A model generated the notes under the pieces. That model had not been told where the DNA came from, ran no database searches, and worked only from the letters and a program-made list of their open reading frames with translations. Both the position numbers and the translations under genes were made by a program. 64,000 nt of DNA. It comes from a virus. Below, one piece after another: positions 1 through 9,350 of the stretch. Location of the stretch: the IMG/VR virus record IMGVR_UViG_3300045960_000114, positions 1-64,000 of that record; one strand, given 5' to 3'. Numbering within the stretch: the stretch's first letter is position 1; each line of letters starts with the position of its first letter.

Positions 1-201
1 CAGGCAGCAATGGCGGCTGGCGGAAACTCTGGCGGAATCAATCTCTTCAACGGGCTTATTGGTGAGATCATCGTTTTCACGTCCCTTCTGAGCGACACGA
101 ACCGCCAACTGGTGGAAGGCTACCTCGCCTGGAAGTGGGGTACGGCAGGAAGCCTGCCTGCTGATCATCCGTTCAAGCTGACCCCGCCGAGAGCGGCATA
201 G
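1..201 (+). CDS. C-terminal end of a LamG/concanavalin-like tail-associated protein (5' truncated)
   Basis: Frame is open from base 1. GEIIVF..LSDTNRQLVEGYLAWKWG..LPADHPFK resembles the ending of phage LamG-like domains. Confidence 0.5.
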   Translation, partial: QAAMAAGGNSGGINLFNGLIGEIIVFTSLLSDTNRQLVEGYLAWKWGTAGSLPADHPFKLTPPRAA

Positions 202-214
202 GAGGCCAGGTACC

Positions 215-994
215 GTGACTCCAATCCAGCTGACAAAACAACAGCTCATCTCCGGACGCGGTGTCATTGACGGTTTGGCCGTGAATCCTGGCGCGGATGC
301 TGACCACGATCTGACGATTTCCGCGGGAGTGACGCGGGATTCTACCGATACGTACATGATGACTTTGCTAAGTCCGCTCACCAAGCAAAGTGACGCTGCG
401 TGGGCGGCAGGCAATAACGCTGGTGGAATGTTCGTCGGCAGCGTGCAAGCGAACACTTATTACCACTGCTTTCTGATTCTCAAGGAAGACGGGACCATCG
501 ACGCGGGATTGGATACGTCGCTTGTCTGTGCCAATCGTCCGGCGGGCTACATCGCGCACCGCCGTATCGCCACGCGTCGAACAAACAATAATGGAGACTG
601 GTTCATCATATGGCAGCTTGGCGATCAGAACCTTTGGCAATATCCGCGCTGGGACGCGCTTGGCGTGACGCTCGGAACCACTCCAACGCTCTTCACGCTT
701 TCCACGCCGCCTGGCGTCAGGGTCTTTCCGATCGCTGCGTTTGTCACCTTCTACAAATATAATTCTACCGTATACGGCGCGGTATATTCGCCGGAGATCA
801 GCGGACCGGGCATTGTTGATCTGCAGACGCACGTTTCTCAGACTACAAACTACAATGCCTGGCCAGTCGCCTTCGGAGCAACTCCGCTGCGAACTAACAC
901 TTCGTCGCAGGTCCTGGCCGGCTCCCAGTATGAAGACTCCCTTTTCTACTTCTGTTCTGCCGGTTACTTTGACCCCCGTGGAAAGGACGAATAA
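215..994 (+). CDS. Tail fibre-like protein
   Basis: GTG start after GGAGG. Segments DHDLTISAG..RDS, ANTYYHCFLI, DAGLDTS..RPAGY..RRIA resemble phage tail-fibre modules; fits the context. Confidence 0.5.
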   Translation: MTPIQLTKQQLISGRGVIDGLAVNPGADADHDLTISAGVTRDSTDTYMMTLLSPLTKQSDAAWAAGNNAGGMFVGSVQANTYYHCFLILKEDGTIDAGLDTSLVCANRPAGYIAHRRIATRRTNNNGDWFIIWQLGDQNLWQYPRWDALGVTLGTTPTLFTLSTPPGVRVFPIAAFVTFYKYNSTVYGAVYSPEISGPGIVDLQTHVSQTTNYNAWPVAFGATPLRTNTSSQVLAGSQYEDSLFYFCSAGYFDPRGKDE

Positions 995-996
995 CC

Positions 997-1521
997 ATGC
1001 CAGAACTTCGCTGGATCAACCGGGACACGCAAGGCCGCGTTCGCGAGACCTTTGCCGTTCCGCAATACGAGGGTCAGGAGTCACTTTTGGAGGGGGATGC
1101 CGAGTTGCTTGAGTTTGAGCAGCGGCTTGCCCACCCTGAACTCAATATGACATTCCCTGACTTTGTCGTGTCTCAGGTCAAGCGGCTCGACAGTCTGGTG
1201 TTGAACTTCGTCTACGAGCGCTACCCGCAGCATCGGCAGATCACGCTGACCAAGCTTTTGACTGACGCGCGGCTGGCCGGCAAGGCGGAAGCTGTCGCAT
1301 ACCTGCAGCAGTTGGATGACTGGCTGAAGACGGTCTTCGGGGCTTATTACCAGCTTGAGGACCAGATCAAGGCCATTGCGGAGAACGAGGGGCTTACCGT
1401 CGCAGAGCGGCAGGCGCAGATACTGGCAGTAGTTGCAGCGGCTCGGGCTACCGTACTTGAGCCCCTGGGAACCACCGACCCCCAGACCACGATCCGGCGA
1501 AGCCTTGAGTTGTTGGCGTAG
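997..1521 (+). CDS. Putative tail-fibre assembly/chaperone-like protein
   Basis: 174 aa immediately downstream of the fibre gene; N-terminal RDTQGRV...PQYEGQESL pattern typical of such position-conserved genes. Confidence 0.35.
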   Translation: MPELRWINRDTQGRVRETFAVPQYEGQESLLEGDAELLEFEQRLAHPELNMTFPDFVVSQVKRLDSLVLNFVYERYPQHRQITLTKLLTDARLAGKAEAVAYLQQLDDWLKTVFGAYYQLEDQIKAIAENEGLTVAERQAQILAVVAAARATVLEPLGTTDPQTTIRRSLELLA

Positions 1522-1617
1522 GTGTTGTCAATAAGTCTGGAGGGTACAGACTTGAAGCTGTTGTTGATCCGACTACGCTGTTTTCTGGCAGGCTGAACCA
1601 TCACGAGGAGAAGGACC

Positions 1618-1968
1618 ATGCTGATTGATGACGTTACACTGGCCGACACCCTGGAGAGGCGCGACCGTAACTGGTTGATCCGCATTTACAGCGAGCTGGA
1701 ACGGAAAGGCGATGTCGGCATCGAGTGCCATCGCGAAGTCGTTCTGGTGAAGAATGGCGCGAAGTGGGATACAGGTGGCGAGCACGGCGAGCGCCAGTAC
1801 ATGGTCTACAAGAAGCTCAGCGAGATCATGATGGACACGGTCACGCTGCCTCCGGAAGCCGGGGGTATCACGCTGACAGCCGGGCAGATCGCGTTGGCGC
1901 TGGAGATGCTGTCCGACAAGTACGCGGAGATCCCGGAAGAGCCTACCTCATCGTCAGCCGGCGCGTAG
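1618..1968 (+). CDS. Hypothetical protein
   Basis: ATG after GAGGAG/AAGGA; genome-typical codon usage. Confidence 0.7.
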   Translation: MLIDDVTLADTLERRDRNWLIRIYSELERKGDVGIECHREVVLVKNGAKWDTGGEHGERQYMVYKKLSEIMMDTVTLPPEAGGITLTAGQIALALEMLSDKYAEIPEEPTSSSAGA

Positions 1969-2012
1969 GACCAGCGCCAGGCGTGCGGTAGCGGGGATGG
2001 AGGGTCTTGGGG

Positions 2013-2975
2013 ATGTCTCGCTTCAAGGTGAGGGGTCAGGTTCCCTTTTTACTGACAGTTGATACGACCCTGGAAGGTTCGGTCAGCTCGCCCCCGGATA
2101 CCTTCGTCCTGCCTCTGCCTGGGACTGGTGATTACGACTACCAGGTCTACTGGGGTGATGGCTCTTCGGAGCATCACACGGAAAACACGAGCCAGACGCA
2201 CGTCTACGGGTCGCCGGGAACGTACACGATCACGATCACGGGCAAGTTCCCTCAGATCTATTTTAATTACACAGGAGATTGTCAAAAGCCGATCAAAGTG
2301 CAGTTGGGGGATGTTGGTTGGCTGTCGATGGAGCGTGCGTTTTTAGGTTGTACGAATCTGCGTTCGGTCACGGGATTGTCAAACACAGCAAAGGTTACGA
2401 ATTTTCAAAACGCGTGGTCTTCCTGCTACCTTCTGAGTAGATTCGATCGGATTAATACCTCTGCCGGATTGAACTTTTATGGTGCATGGTCCTATTGTTT
2501 CAGTCTGACAAGTTTTCCGTTGATTGATGTGTCAAACGGAACGATATTTTCCTACGCGTGGGCTCAGTGTTCGGGTCTGACGTCGTTCCCGCTTCTTAAT
2601 ACCTCGTCAGGGCTATCTTTTGACTACGCGTGGCTGCAGTGTACTGGTTTGACGTCTTTCCCGGCTATAAATACGTCGGCAGGTCAGGATTTCTCCTACA
2701 CGTGGAACGGCTGCACTGGTCTGAATGGATACAATTTCCCAACACTCAATTTGCGAAACATCCTGAGCAACACGACCAATGGCGCCAACTGTTTTGGTGG
2801 CGTGACTCTTTCCACCGCGTCTTACAGCGCATTGCTCATCGACATGGCGCTAGGCACAACGACGAATGTCACATTCAGTGGCGGCAACAGCAAGTACAAC
2901 GCCGGGGCAGTGGCTGCGCGGAATACACTGACTGCGACGCGGTCGTGGACCGTTACGGATGGTGGATTAGGCTAG
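2013..2975 (+). CDS. PKD-like domain plus BspA/DUF285-type leucine-rich repeat surface protein
   Basis: YQVYWGDGS..HVYGSPGTYTITITG (PKD-like), then about 24-aa repeats of the form F..AW..C..LTSFP.INTS.G. Confidence 0.75.
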   Translation: MSRFKVRGQVPFLLTVDTTLEGSVSSPPDTFVLPLPGTGDYDYQVYWGDGSSEHHTENTSQTHVYGSPGTYTITITGKFPQIYFNYTGDCQKPIKVQLGDVGWLSMERAFLGCTNLRSVTGLSNTAKVTNFQNAWSSCYLLSRFDRINTSAGLNFYGAWSYCFSLTSFPLIDVSNGTIFSYAWAQCSGLTSFPLLNTSSGLSFDYAWLQCTGLTSFPAINTSAGQDFSYTWNGCTGLNGYNFPTLNLRNILSNTTNGANCFGGVTLSTASYSALLIDMALGTTTNVTFSGGNSKYNAGAVAARNTLTATRSWTVTDGGLG

Positions 2976-3002
2976 GAGTCAGTGGCCGCAACAGCTAGCG
3001 GA

Positions 3003-3683
3003 CTATTTTGTAAGTCTCAGACAAGCTACCACGAACTGCTGTCCGCCCAGCTTGAATGTCAGCGCCGTCTGCGGTACTGGTTTTACTTCTACCCCCAGCG
3101 CCCGCATCAGCTCAGGGAAAATTGACATGTCCACCTGATTGGCTTTGTCGAAGCACACATCCATCGTGATGAGCACGTTGCCCTTAGACACGCGGACGAG
3201 GCTCCGGATGGCTGGTAGGACTTCCGGCTTGGGCAGGTGTTCAAGCACTGACACACAGATACTGGTTCCGAATGTATTTTCCGGGAAGGTCAACTTGGTC
3301 AGGCTCATCTGTACCGACTGCGGTTTGTTCGCTTCGGTTATTTCCAGCATTCCAGATGCTTGTGCCCACATCTTCTTCGGGTTCCGCTTGTTGATCCAGT
3401 CCACGGCGGACTGGTCTATATCGATTGAGGTTGTCGGGATGTTGGATCGTGACAGCATGAACTGGATGGCTGTAGCACCTGAGCCAGCGTCCAGTACGGA
3501 GCTGGTATCTGCGGTCTGGAGCTGAGACATGATCCACGGGTACTCGAAGCGCCTCGACCAGTGCAGGGAGTCATGGATGGGCGTCTGCAGTTCCGTTTCC
3601 AGGTCGTAGAGCGCCTGCGTGTAGTGGTGGAAGTCTTGCTCGATCAGGCGGCTCAGGTCGGCCCATTCCATCGTCCCAGTCAT
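3003..3683 (-). CDS. Class I SAM-dependent methyltransferase
   Basis: VLDAGSG motif I and ICVSVLEH post-II motif. Start reassigned to the ATG after AAGGAG. Confidence 0.8.
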   Translation of the reverse strand: MTGTMEWADLSRLIEQDFHHYTQALYDLETELQTPIHDSLHWSRRFEYPWIMSQLQTADTSSVLDAGSGATAIQFMLSRSNIPTTSIDIDQSAVDWINKRNPKKMWAQASGMLEITEANKPQSVQMSLTKLTFPENTFGTSICVSVLEHLPKPEVLPAIRSLVRVSKGNVLITMDVCFDKANQVDMSIFPELMRALGVEVKPVPQTALTFKLGGQQFVVACLRLTK

Positions 3684-3788
3684 GGCTTTCTCCTTAAATG
3701 TCTCGCCCAAGTATACGTGGCCGGGCGCTGGCTTCAATCCCACCCCTGGCCGTAGATTCTGTGCGGTCCTTACAGACTTTGCTGGCGC

Positions 3789-4631
3789 CTATCTTATCGG
3801 GTTCCACTTTGTGCAGGTGCAGCTATCACAGATCGGCAGGGCTTTGCGGTTGCCAATCTTCTGCATCTCCCTGACTCTGGCCAGCTCCGGCCCGTTCCAG
3901 ATCTCCATGATGGTATTCTTGTTCGTGTCGCCTACCAGCAACTCCCCGTTGGGGTCCATACAGCAACAGCACACCCGGCCATCCCACATGACGATCAGAC
4001 ACTGGAATGGCTCCGAACAGATCTCAATGGTCGGGAATGAGCGGTGCCACCCGTGTGAGCGGTTCAGGGAGATGTCATGTGCGAAGACTACCGGCCCCCA
4101 TTTGACTTCCATCTCGGTCAGTTCGAGCGGCGACATGAACAGGGAGTTGCTTGTGGTGCCCAGGCAGACATTGACGTCAGGGCGCAAGGCATGCAGCCGC
4201 TTGAAGGCACGCTCGACGTTGTGGAAGTCCGCCTCAGACAAGCCGAGCAGCGCCTTGTAGGTCTCAGCGCGAGCCGCGTAGAGTGAGAAGCTGACGTAGT
4301 GCAGGTTCTTGATGGTGGCCAGCGCGTCAACTGCAGTATCAGTCAGCTTGCTCCCGTTCGTCGGGATGCTGATCGGACACTTCGGCAGCTTCTCTTCCAT
4401 GTACTTCAGGATGAGATACCAGTCCGGGTTGGCGAAGAACTCCCCGTAATGGACCGGGCTGATCTCCACCGGTTCATCCCAGGTGGCGATCTCGTCCACC
4501 AGCTTCCTGAACAGGGCCAAGTCCATCTTGCCCTTGGGGCGGACCATCTTCGGGTACCCGCAGAACGTGCACTTGGCGTTGCAGTAGGAGAAGGTGTCTA
4601 GGTGAACGGAGGGGTACTTGGTGGGGTTCAT
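3789..4631 (-). CDS. Radical SAM protein with SPASM/twitch domain
   Basis: CNAKCTFC triad, GEFF and TNG motifs; C-terminal CSEPF..WDGRVCCCCMD..VGD..IMEIWNG..CDSC. Confidence 0.9.
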   Translation of the reverse strand: MNPTKYPSVHLDTFSYCNAKCTFCGYPKMVRPKGKMDLALFRKLVDEIATWDEPVEISPVHYGEFFANPDWYLILKYMEEKLPKCPISIPTNGSKLTDTAVDALATIKNLHYVSFSLYAARAETYKALLGLSEADFHNVERAFKRLHALRPDVNVCLGTTSNSLFMSPLELTEMEVKWGPVVFAHDISLNRSHGWHRSFPTIEICSEPFQCLIVMWDGRVCCCCMDPNGELLVGDTNKNTIMEIWNGPELARVREMQKIGNRKALPICDSCTCTKWNPIR

Positions 4632-5023
4632 TTACCTGCCTCCGTGATCACCTTAGCACAGGGTTTGCAAACCCATATCTCGCCTGTGTAGCTTTCTGGG
4701 TTTGGAGTCGCCTCAACACTACAACGCCCACCCGGTTCGGTCCTTGGCGGCCAGCCATGCTGATCCAGCGGCCTTTTGTACCGAAGCGCTATCGCCTCGT
4801 CTTTGTCGAACCATTGTCGACAGACGCAGCACCACACACCTTTCGGTTCTTGAGCTGCCTGTTTCGGTTCTTGAGCCGTTGAGGGTTCCTCTTGCCACGG
4901 CTTCTTTGGCAGACCGCACACATCACAAAACGCGCCCGGCTTGACGTACCAGTCCATACAAGCCCAGCACAGCTCGCCGCCATCTCGAAAGCGTAGTTTG
5001 CCGCGCCACAATTCTTCGCTCAT
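4628..5023 (-). CDS. Cys-rich hypothetical protein (possible Zn-binding)
   Basis: CxxC pairs (CWAC, CDVC, CVC, CKPC); 4-nt overlaps with both neighbours. Confidence 0.55.
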   Translation of the reverse strand: MSEELWRGKLRFRDGGELCWACMDWYVKPGAFCDVCGLPKKPWQEEPSTAQEPKQAAQEPKGVWCCVCRQWFDKDEAIALRYKRPLDQHGWPPRTEPGGRCSVEATPNPESYTGEIWVCKPCAKVITEAGK

Positions 5024-5487
5024 TTGCGTGCCTCAATGATCATGTCCGTAATGAAGTCAGGGTTGATCGGGCGTGTCGACACCCCGCTGAAGCCTGTATC
5101 ACGAAACAGCTTGATGGCGTAGTCCGGGGAGAACCCGCACCGGTGGGTGTTCTCCGGGTAGTCCTGGCCGCCAAAGAGCATGCCGACCAGGTCGTCGTTC
5201 CACTCCTTCGTCTCGACCAGCCTGCGGCACTGCTCCAGCAGGTTGGCCGTGATGACTACGCAGGTGCCGCCCGGCTTCAGGATGCGGTACAGTTCCCCGA
5301 TGAACGGCTTCACCTGGCGCCAGCCGATGTGCTCGATGGCGTAGGCCGAGTAGACGTGCTCGTAGGAGTCGTTCGACAGGGGCAGGGGCTTTTCCAGGTC
5401 GGCCACGATGTCCACGGTCGGACCGGGACGGATGTCCAGGTTAGGCCGGTACCGCGGGTTGGTGCCGCCGCCGATTTCGATGATCAT
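5020..5487 (-). CDS. SAM-dependent methyltransferase (type 11-like)
   Basis: IEIGGG, DIVADLEKPLP, AIEHI and ELYRILKPGG motifs. Confidence 0.85.
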   Translation of the reverse strand: MIIEIGGGTNPRYRPNLDIRPGPTVDIVADLEKPLPLSNDSYEHVYSAYAIEHIGWRQVKPFIGELYRILKPGGTCVVITANLLEQCRRLVETKEWNDDLVGMLFGGQDYPENTHRCGFSPDYAIKLFRDTGFSGVSTRPINPDFITDMIIEARK

Positions 5488-6761
5488 GCCAGAAGTTCTC
5501 CTTCACCTTTACAGTCTGGGCAGACACCAGCACCATGACAGACATCGCACTTGTCCGTGCGCCCTTTACATATGGGGCAGGCGCCAAGACCAAAGCAGGA
5601 GTAGCACTTTGCTTTCGCTGGCTCTTTGAGTTCGAACTTCGAACCCAGCAGGCTCTGCCAGACCGCCTGGTACTGCGGCCAGATCTTGTCCCAGGTGTAC
5701 TTCTTGGCGGTTTCCTGAGCCTGCTGCGCCATGGCGAGGAATACATCTCCATGACTTGTCTCGTCCGGCGCCGGTTCGTAGGTGAACCAGTTGTATGCTT
5801 GCTGTATCGTTTCACATAGTGCATTAACGTCGCGCTTTGGAAAGACGTATCCGTCCGCGCCTTGACTGATTACGTTGGAGGCGCCAGCACCGTCCGAGAC
5901 GATCACCGGGCGCCCACGCGCCATGGCCTCCAGCACCTCGATCCCGAAGCCTTCTGTCACGCTTGGCTGTACATATACGGAGATGCTGTCGTAGAAGGCG
6001 TTGACGTCCTTCACCCAGCCCAGGAACTCCACCTCGCCGCGCCCGCCGACGCTCTGCCAGACGGGTGCCATCTGCTCAATTCCGCGCCCGGCCATTACCA
6101 GGCGGCAGTTGGGCAGGTTCAGCTTCGACCAGGCTTCCAGCAGGTAGCGCAACCCTTTGTCCGGCCCGCACTGGCCCAGGTAGCCGACGGTGAACTTCTG
6201 GGGCAGGGGGGCAGGTGTACCAATCGGCCCGGGGATGCCGTGCGGGATGACGATCGGGTCGCGCACGCCGTAGCGCTTCACGATCTCGGCGCTCTGGGTA
6301 GAGGGGCAGATCACCTTGTCGGCCATCAGCTGGCCTTCCACGTAGGTCATGAACAGTGTGCGGTTGACCAGGTGCGGGAAGTCGTAGGCCATACCGTACT
6401 TGGCAAACTCTTCCGCACTCAGCTGCATGTCGTGGGCAGCGATCGTCTGAGTGATTTTTGCGCCGTCGGCCTTCAGTCGCCAGATTGTCTTACTGAACAT
6501 GCCTGAGTAGAAGTGGGCCAGCTTGAACTTCCCCGCCTGCATGTGGTTCAACACCAGCGAATCAGCGATGTAATCCTGCACGTACGGATTGTTAGGCAGC
6601 CTTACATGGGATGGATCGAGATTGGAACCGTCGAAGCAAAGTACCTCCTCCTCTTTCGCCGCCCTAGCGAAATCTTCCAGTGCCTTAAGCTCGTTCAAGG
6701 TGACGACGCCGCCGCCGGTCTCGGTGCCGATCTTGTCGGCTGTGCAGAACAGGTTTCTCAT
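5484..6761 (-). CDS. GT4 (GT-B) glycosyltransferase with C-terminal DnaJ-type CxxCxGxG zinc finger
   Basis: PDKGLRYLLEAW, VQPSVTEGFGIEVLEAMARGRPVI (E-x7-E); tail CYSCFGLG-CPICKG-CDVCHGAG-CPDCKGEG. Confidence 0.9.
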   Translation of the reverse strand: MRNLFCTADKIGTETGGGVVTLNELKALEDFARAAKEEEVLCFDGSNLDPSHVRLPNNPYVQDYIADSLVLNHMQAGKFKLAHFYSGMFSKTIWRLKADGAKITQTIAAHDMQLSAEEFAKYGMAYDFPHLVNRTLFMTYVEGQLMADKVICPSTQSAEIVKRYGVRDPIVIPHGIPGPIGTPAPLPQKFTVGYLGQCGPDKGLRYLLEAWSKLNLPNCRLVMAGRGIEQMAPVWQSVGGRGEVEFLGWVKDVNAFYDSISVYVQPSVTEGFGIEVLEAMARGRPVIVSDGAGASNVISQGADGYVFPKRDVNALCETIQQAYNWFTYEPAPDETSHGDVFLAMAQQAQETAKKYTWDKIWPQYQAVWQSLLGSKFELKEPAKAKCYSCFGLGACPICKGRTDKCDVCHGAGVCPDCKGEGELLA

Positions 6762-6880
6762 GACCTCTTCCTTTCAACCTTCAGGACCAGCGTGATGGTT
6801 TTAGTCGTAGGGCCATCCATCACAAAACCTTTGAGGTGCTTCTTCGCCAGCTTTCTGATCTTTCTCAGCTGTTCGGTCAT
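6758..6880 (-). CDS. Small basic protein (40 aa), not in the ORF track
   Basis: GGAGAAAGCC-ATG, the same start context as the gene at 3683; ATGA overlaps on both sides. Translation MTEQLRKIRKLAKKHLKGF...ERKRS. Confidence 0.6.
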   Translation of the reverse strand: MTEQLRKIRKLAKKHLKGFVMDGPTTKTITLVLKVERKRS

Positions 6881-7656
6881 GGCTTTCTCCACTTCAGCAT
6901 GATGAAGTCAGGATCGTCTTCCGAGACGTCCGGAGAAACGCCCGTGACATCCTTGACCAGCTTGACTAGCTCATCCAGCGTGTAGATCTTCAGGTGCCAG
7001 GGATCGGGGTTGCTCAGCCCGTACCGGCCCGTGGCTGACGGCGTGCAGAGGAAGGCCGTGCCGCCTGGTATCCTTTTCTTGTCCATCGTGCCGTCTGCAA
7101 CCTTGACCTTGTTCAATATTTCATCGTCACACGCGCCGGCATTCAAGGCGACATCACGACCGGGTGCCAGGAGCGAATGGATCTTCTTGATCAACTCGAC
7201 GCCCTCTTCGGGCAGGAAGTGCTCAATGACCTCAAAGCAGACGATGGCATCCCACGGGACGGAAAACAGTCCCACGTGCCCAGGACTACCCGGCTTAGCT
7301 ACGATATTCCGTAGTTGTTCGTCGGCGTCTTCCCAGCCTTTTACTTCGTATAGCGCTTTGTCCGCGTTGGTGCGCTTCTTAACCAAGCTCTTGGCGTGCT
7401 CGATGCTGAACTCGCAGGGGTCTACCCCGAACAACTTCGTCACGTATGGCTCATCCACCATCCAACGGGTGATGAAACCGGACTCGCAGCCGATATCCAG
7501 CACAGTCGCAGGCTTGATCCTGGGCATCTCCCGGAAGAGCCACAGCACGCGCTCCAGGTTGCGGGCTTCGCGGTCCGTGGTGGGCGGGTGACGGTGTTTG
7601 GAGTAAAGCGCACGGCGCTCGGCCATCGTCATGTCTTTGGGTAGTTTGTCAGACAT
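6877..7656 (-). CDS. Class I SAM-dependent methyltransferase
   Basis: VLDIGCESG, GVDPC and DAIVCFEVIEH motifs; ATG after GAGGAG. Confidence 0.85.
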   Translation of the reverse strand: MSDKLPKDMTMAERRALYSKHRHPPTTDREARNLERVLWLFREMPRIKPATVLDIGCESGFITRWMVDEPYVTKLFGVDPCEFSIEHAKSLVKKRTNADKALYEVKGWEDADEQLRNIVAKPGSPGHVGLFSVPWDAIVCFEVIEHFLPEEGVELIKKIHSLLAPGRDVALNAGACDDEILNKVKVADGTMDKKRIPGGTAFLCTPSATGRYGLSNPDPWHLKIYTLDELVKLVKDVTGVSPDVSEDDPDFIMLKWRKP

Positions 7657-7667
7657 TCCAGTTCTCC

Positions 7668-7853
7668 TCACCGAATCGAAGCACGTATTTCTGCTTCAGT
7701 CCTCTTCCTCAGCTCCTCAAGGACGCGCTCTTTCTGCTCCTTCGTTTCTTTCTCTATCCGCAGAAGCTCGGTCCGGTCCTTCCGTACGGTCAGCCAAATG
7801 GCGAGGGCGCCCCCTATGGCGCCGCCAATGATACTGAAGACGATGGTCAGCAT
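7668..7853 (-). CDS. Small single-pass membrane protein
   Basis: N-terminal hydrophobic helix (IVFSIIGGAIGGALAIWL) followed by a charged helical tail; SD GAGGAG. Confidence 0.6.
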   Translation of the reverse strand: MLTIVFSIIGGAIGGALAIWLTVRKDRTELLRIEKETKEQKERVLEELRKRTEAEIRASIR

Positions 7854-7863
7854 TATCCTCTCC

Positions 7864-8325
7864 TCAGATTATGCCCGCTAAGAAAACGAACTCGTCGGAG
7901 ATCTCGTCGGAGATCTTCGAATCTTTGTCTTTGCTGTTGCACGAATGAACGGAGCTTGAACCGAAGGTGCCAGAGACGAGCGGGCTCGCACCGAAGTGGC
8001 CGGAAACGAGCGGCTGACTTGGCGGCGTACTGACGTCATCATTTTTGGTGGGTTGCACCTCGCCCGACTCGATCTTCTTCAGCCCGTCGAGGATGCAGTC
8101 CAGACAAACAACCGTGGAATTGCATCCACCTTCGTTAGCGGCGACAACAGAACGCGGAAGAATGCCTTCGTCCCATTCTCCATGCTGGTCCGATTTCTTT
8201 ACAACATTCTGGGCATGACAACACAGCTTCATTCTCAGGTGTTTGTTGTCGATGACGGAGTTGACTACCAGATCCCACGAGTAGCCTTCACCGTATTCCC
8301 CCAGCTCGAAAGTGTAGATTTTCAT
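7864..8325 (-). CDS. Hypothetical protein
   Basis: AAGGAGG upstream of the ATG; start overlaps the GT4 stop codon. Confidence 0.6.
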   Translation of the reverse strand: MKIYTFELGEYGEGYSWDLVVNSVIDNKHLRMKLCCHAQNVVKKSDQHGEWDEGILPRSVVAANEGGCNSTVVCLDCILDGLKKIESGEVQPTKNDDVSTPPSQPLVSGHFGASPLVSGTFGSSSVHSCNSKDKDSKISDEISDEFVFLAGII

Positions 8326-9350
8326 CACCAACCTCCTTCAATGGCTTCCTTGCACAACTCCTCGTACCGCTTGACCATGTTCTCGATGCTGAACTGGCTG
8401 GCCCACTCGCGGCACCGTTCGGGCTTGAGCTTCTTCACGGCATCCGACTTGACCAGCTCGACCACCTCTTCCGGCGTCTTGACCAGGAAGCCGGTTTCGC
8501 CGTGCTTGATGGTCTCCCGCATCGCGCCGTTGTCGAAGGCGATGACCGGGCAGCCGCACATCTGGGCTTCGACCGGGGCCAGGCCAAAGGGCTCCCGGAA
8601 GAGCTGGTTCATGTGCAGCATGGCCTTGGCCTGGCTGAACCACTCCACGCACTTCTCGCGCGAGCAGCCGCCGTGGAACTTCGCGCCTTCGATCTGGCTG
8701 GCCTTCTCCACGCACTCCTTGGCGTAGTCAGGCTCGTTGGTGATCTGCGTATCCCCCACCAAATCCAGCCCGATCCCGGTGCGCAGGGCCACGCTCAGGG
8801 CGATGTGAGCGCCCTTGATCTTACTGAAGCGGGCCAGGAACAGGTACCGATCAGTCCGCTTGGCCTCCGGCATGGGTTTGTAGAAGTTCATGTCCACGCC
8901 GTTGTGCGCCACCCGAGTGTCGATCTTGAACAGCTCCTTGGCTTCAGCCGCCTGATCGTGGGAGATGCAAACCATGCAGGGCCGCGGCATGGGCGGCGTC
9001 CTCTGGTACATCGTGCCGATCGGGGCGTGGTTGACGCCCAGCACGGGCGGCTTGAGCGTGCCTTCGATCTTGGGCAGGTAGGCGAACTTCAGCCAGCTGT
9101 TGTCGATGATGACGTCCCAGTCCTTCAGGCGGTGTGCGTAACCCGTGAACGCCTGGCCTTCATTCTCGCCCAACGTGGTGCCGTGAAGTTCGACACCGGG
9201 AGTGACTGTAGAGCCAACAGGGGCGACCAGAAGGACTTGATGTCCTAGCTTCGCAAGGCCGACTGCCTGCTGATAGGCCAGTTGTTCAAGCCCGGAGTAC
9301 CCCGCCGGCGGCAGTGTGAAGATTGTGGTACTGATGACAACGATCTTCAT
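8325..9350 (-). CDS. GT4 family glycosyltransferase
   Basis: PPAGYSGLEQL N-terminus, KGAHIA, EPFGLAPVEAQMCGCPVI, HGETGFL. Confidence 0.92.
   Translation of the reverse strand: MKIVVISTTIFTLPPAGYSGLEQLAYQQAVGLAKLGHQVLLVAPVGSTVTPGVELHGTTLGENEGQAFTGYAHRLKDWDVIIDNSWLKFAYLPKIEGTLKPPVLGVNHAPIGTMYQRTPPMPRPCMVCISHDQAAEAKELFKIDTRVAHNGVDMNFYKPMPEAKRTDRYLFLARFSKIKGAHIALSVALRTGIGLDLVGDTQITNEPDYAKECVEKASQIEGAKFHGGCSREKCVEWFSQAKAMLHMNQLFREPFGLAPVEAQMCGCPVIAFDNGAMRETIKHGETGFLVKTPEEVVELVKSDAVKKLKPERCREWASQFSIENMVKRYEELCKEAIEGGW

Noticed and set aside
1533-1553. 7-bp inverted repeat AAGTCTG/CAGACTT after the 997 gene
   Set aside because: Short AT-containing stem with no U-tract; too weak to call a terminator or operator.
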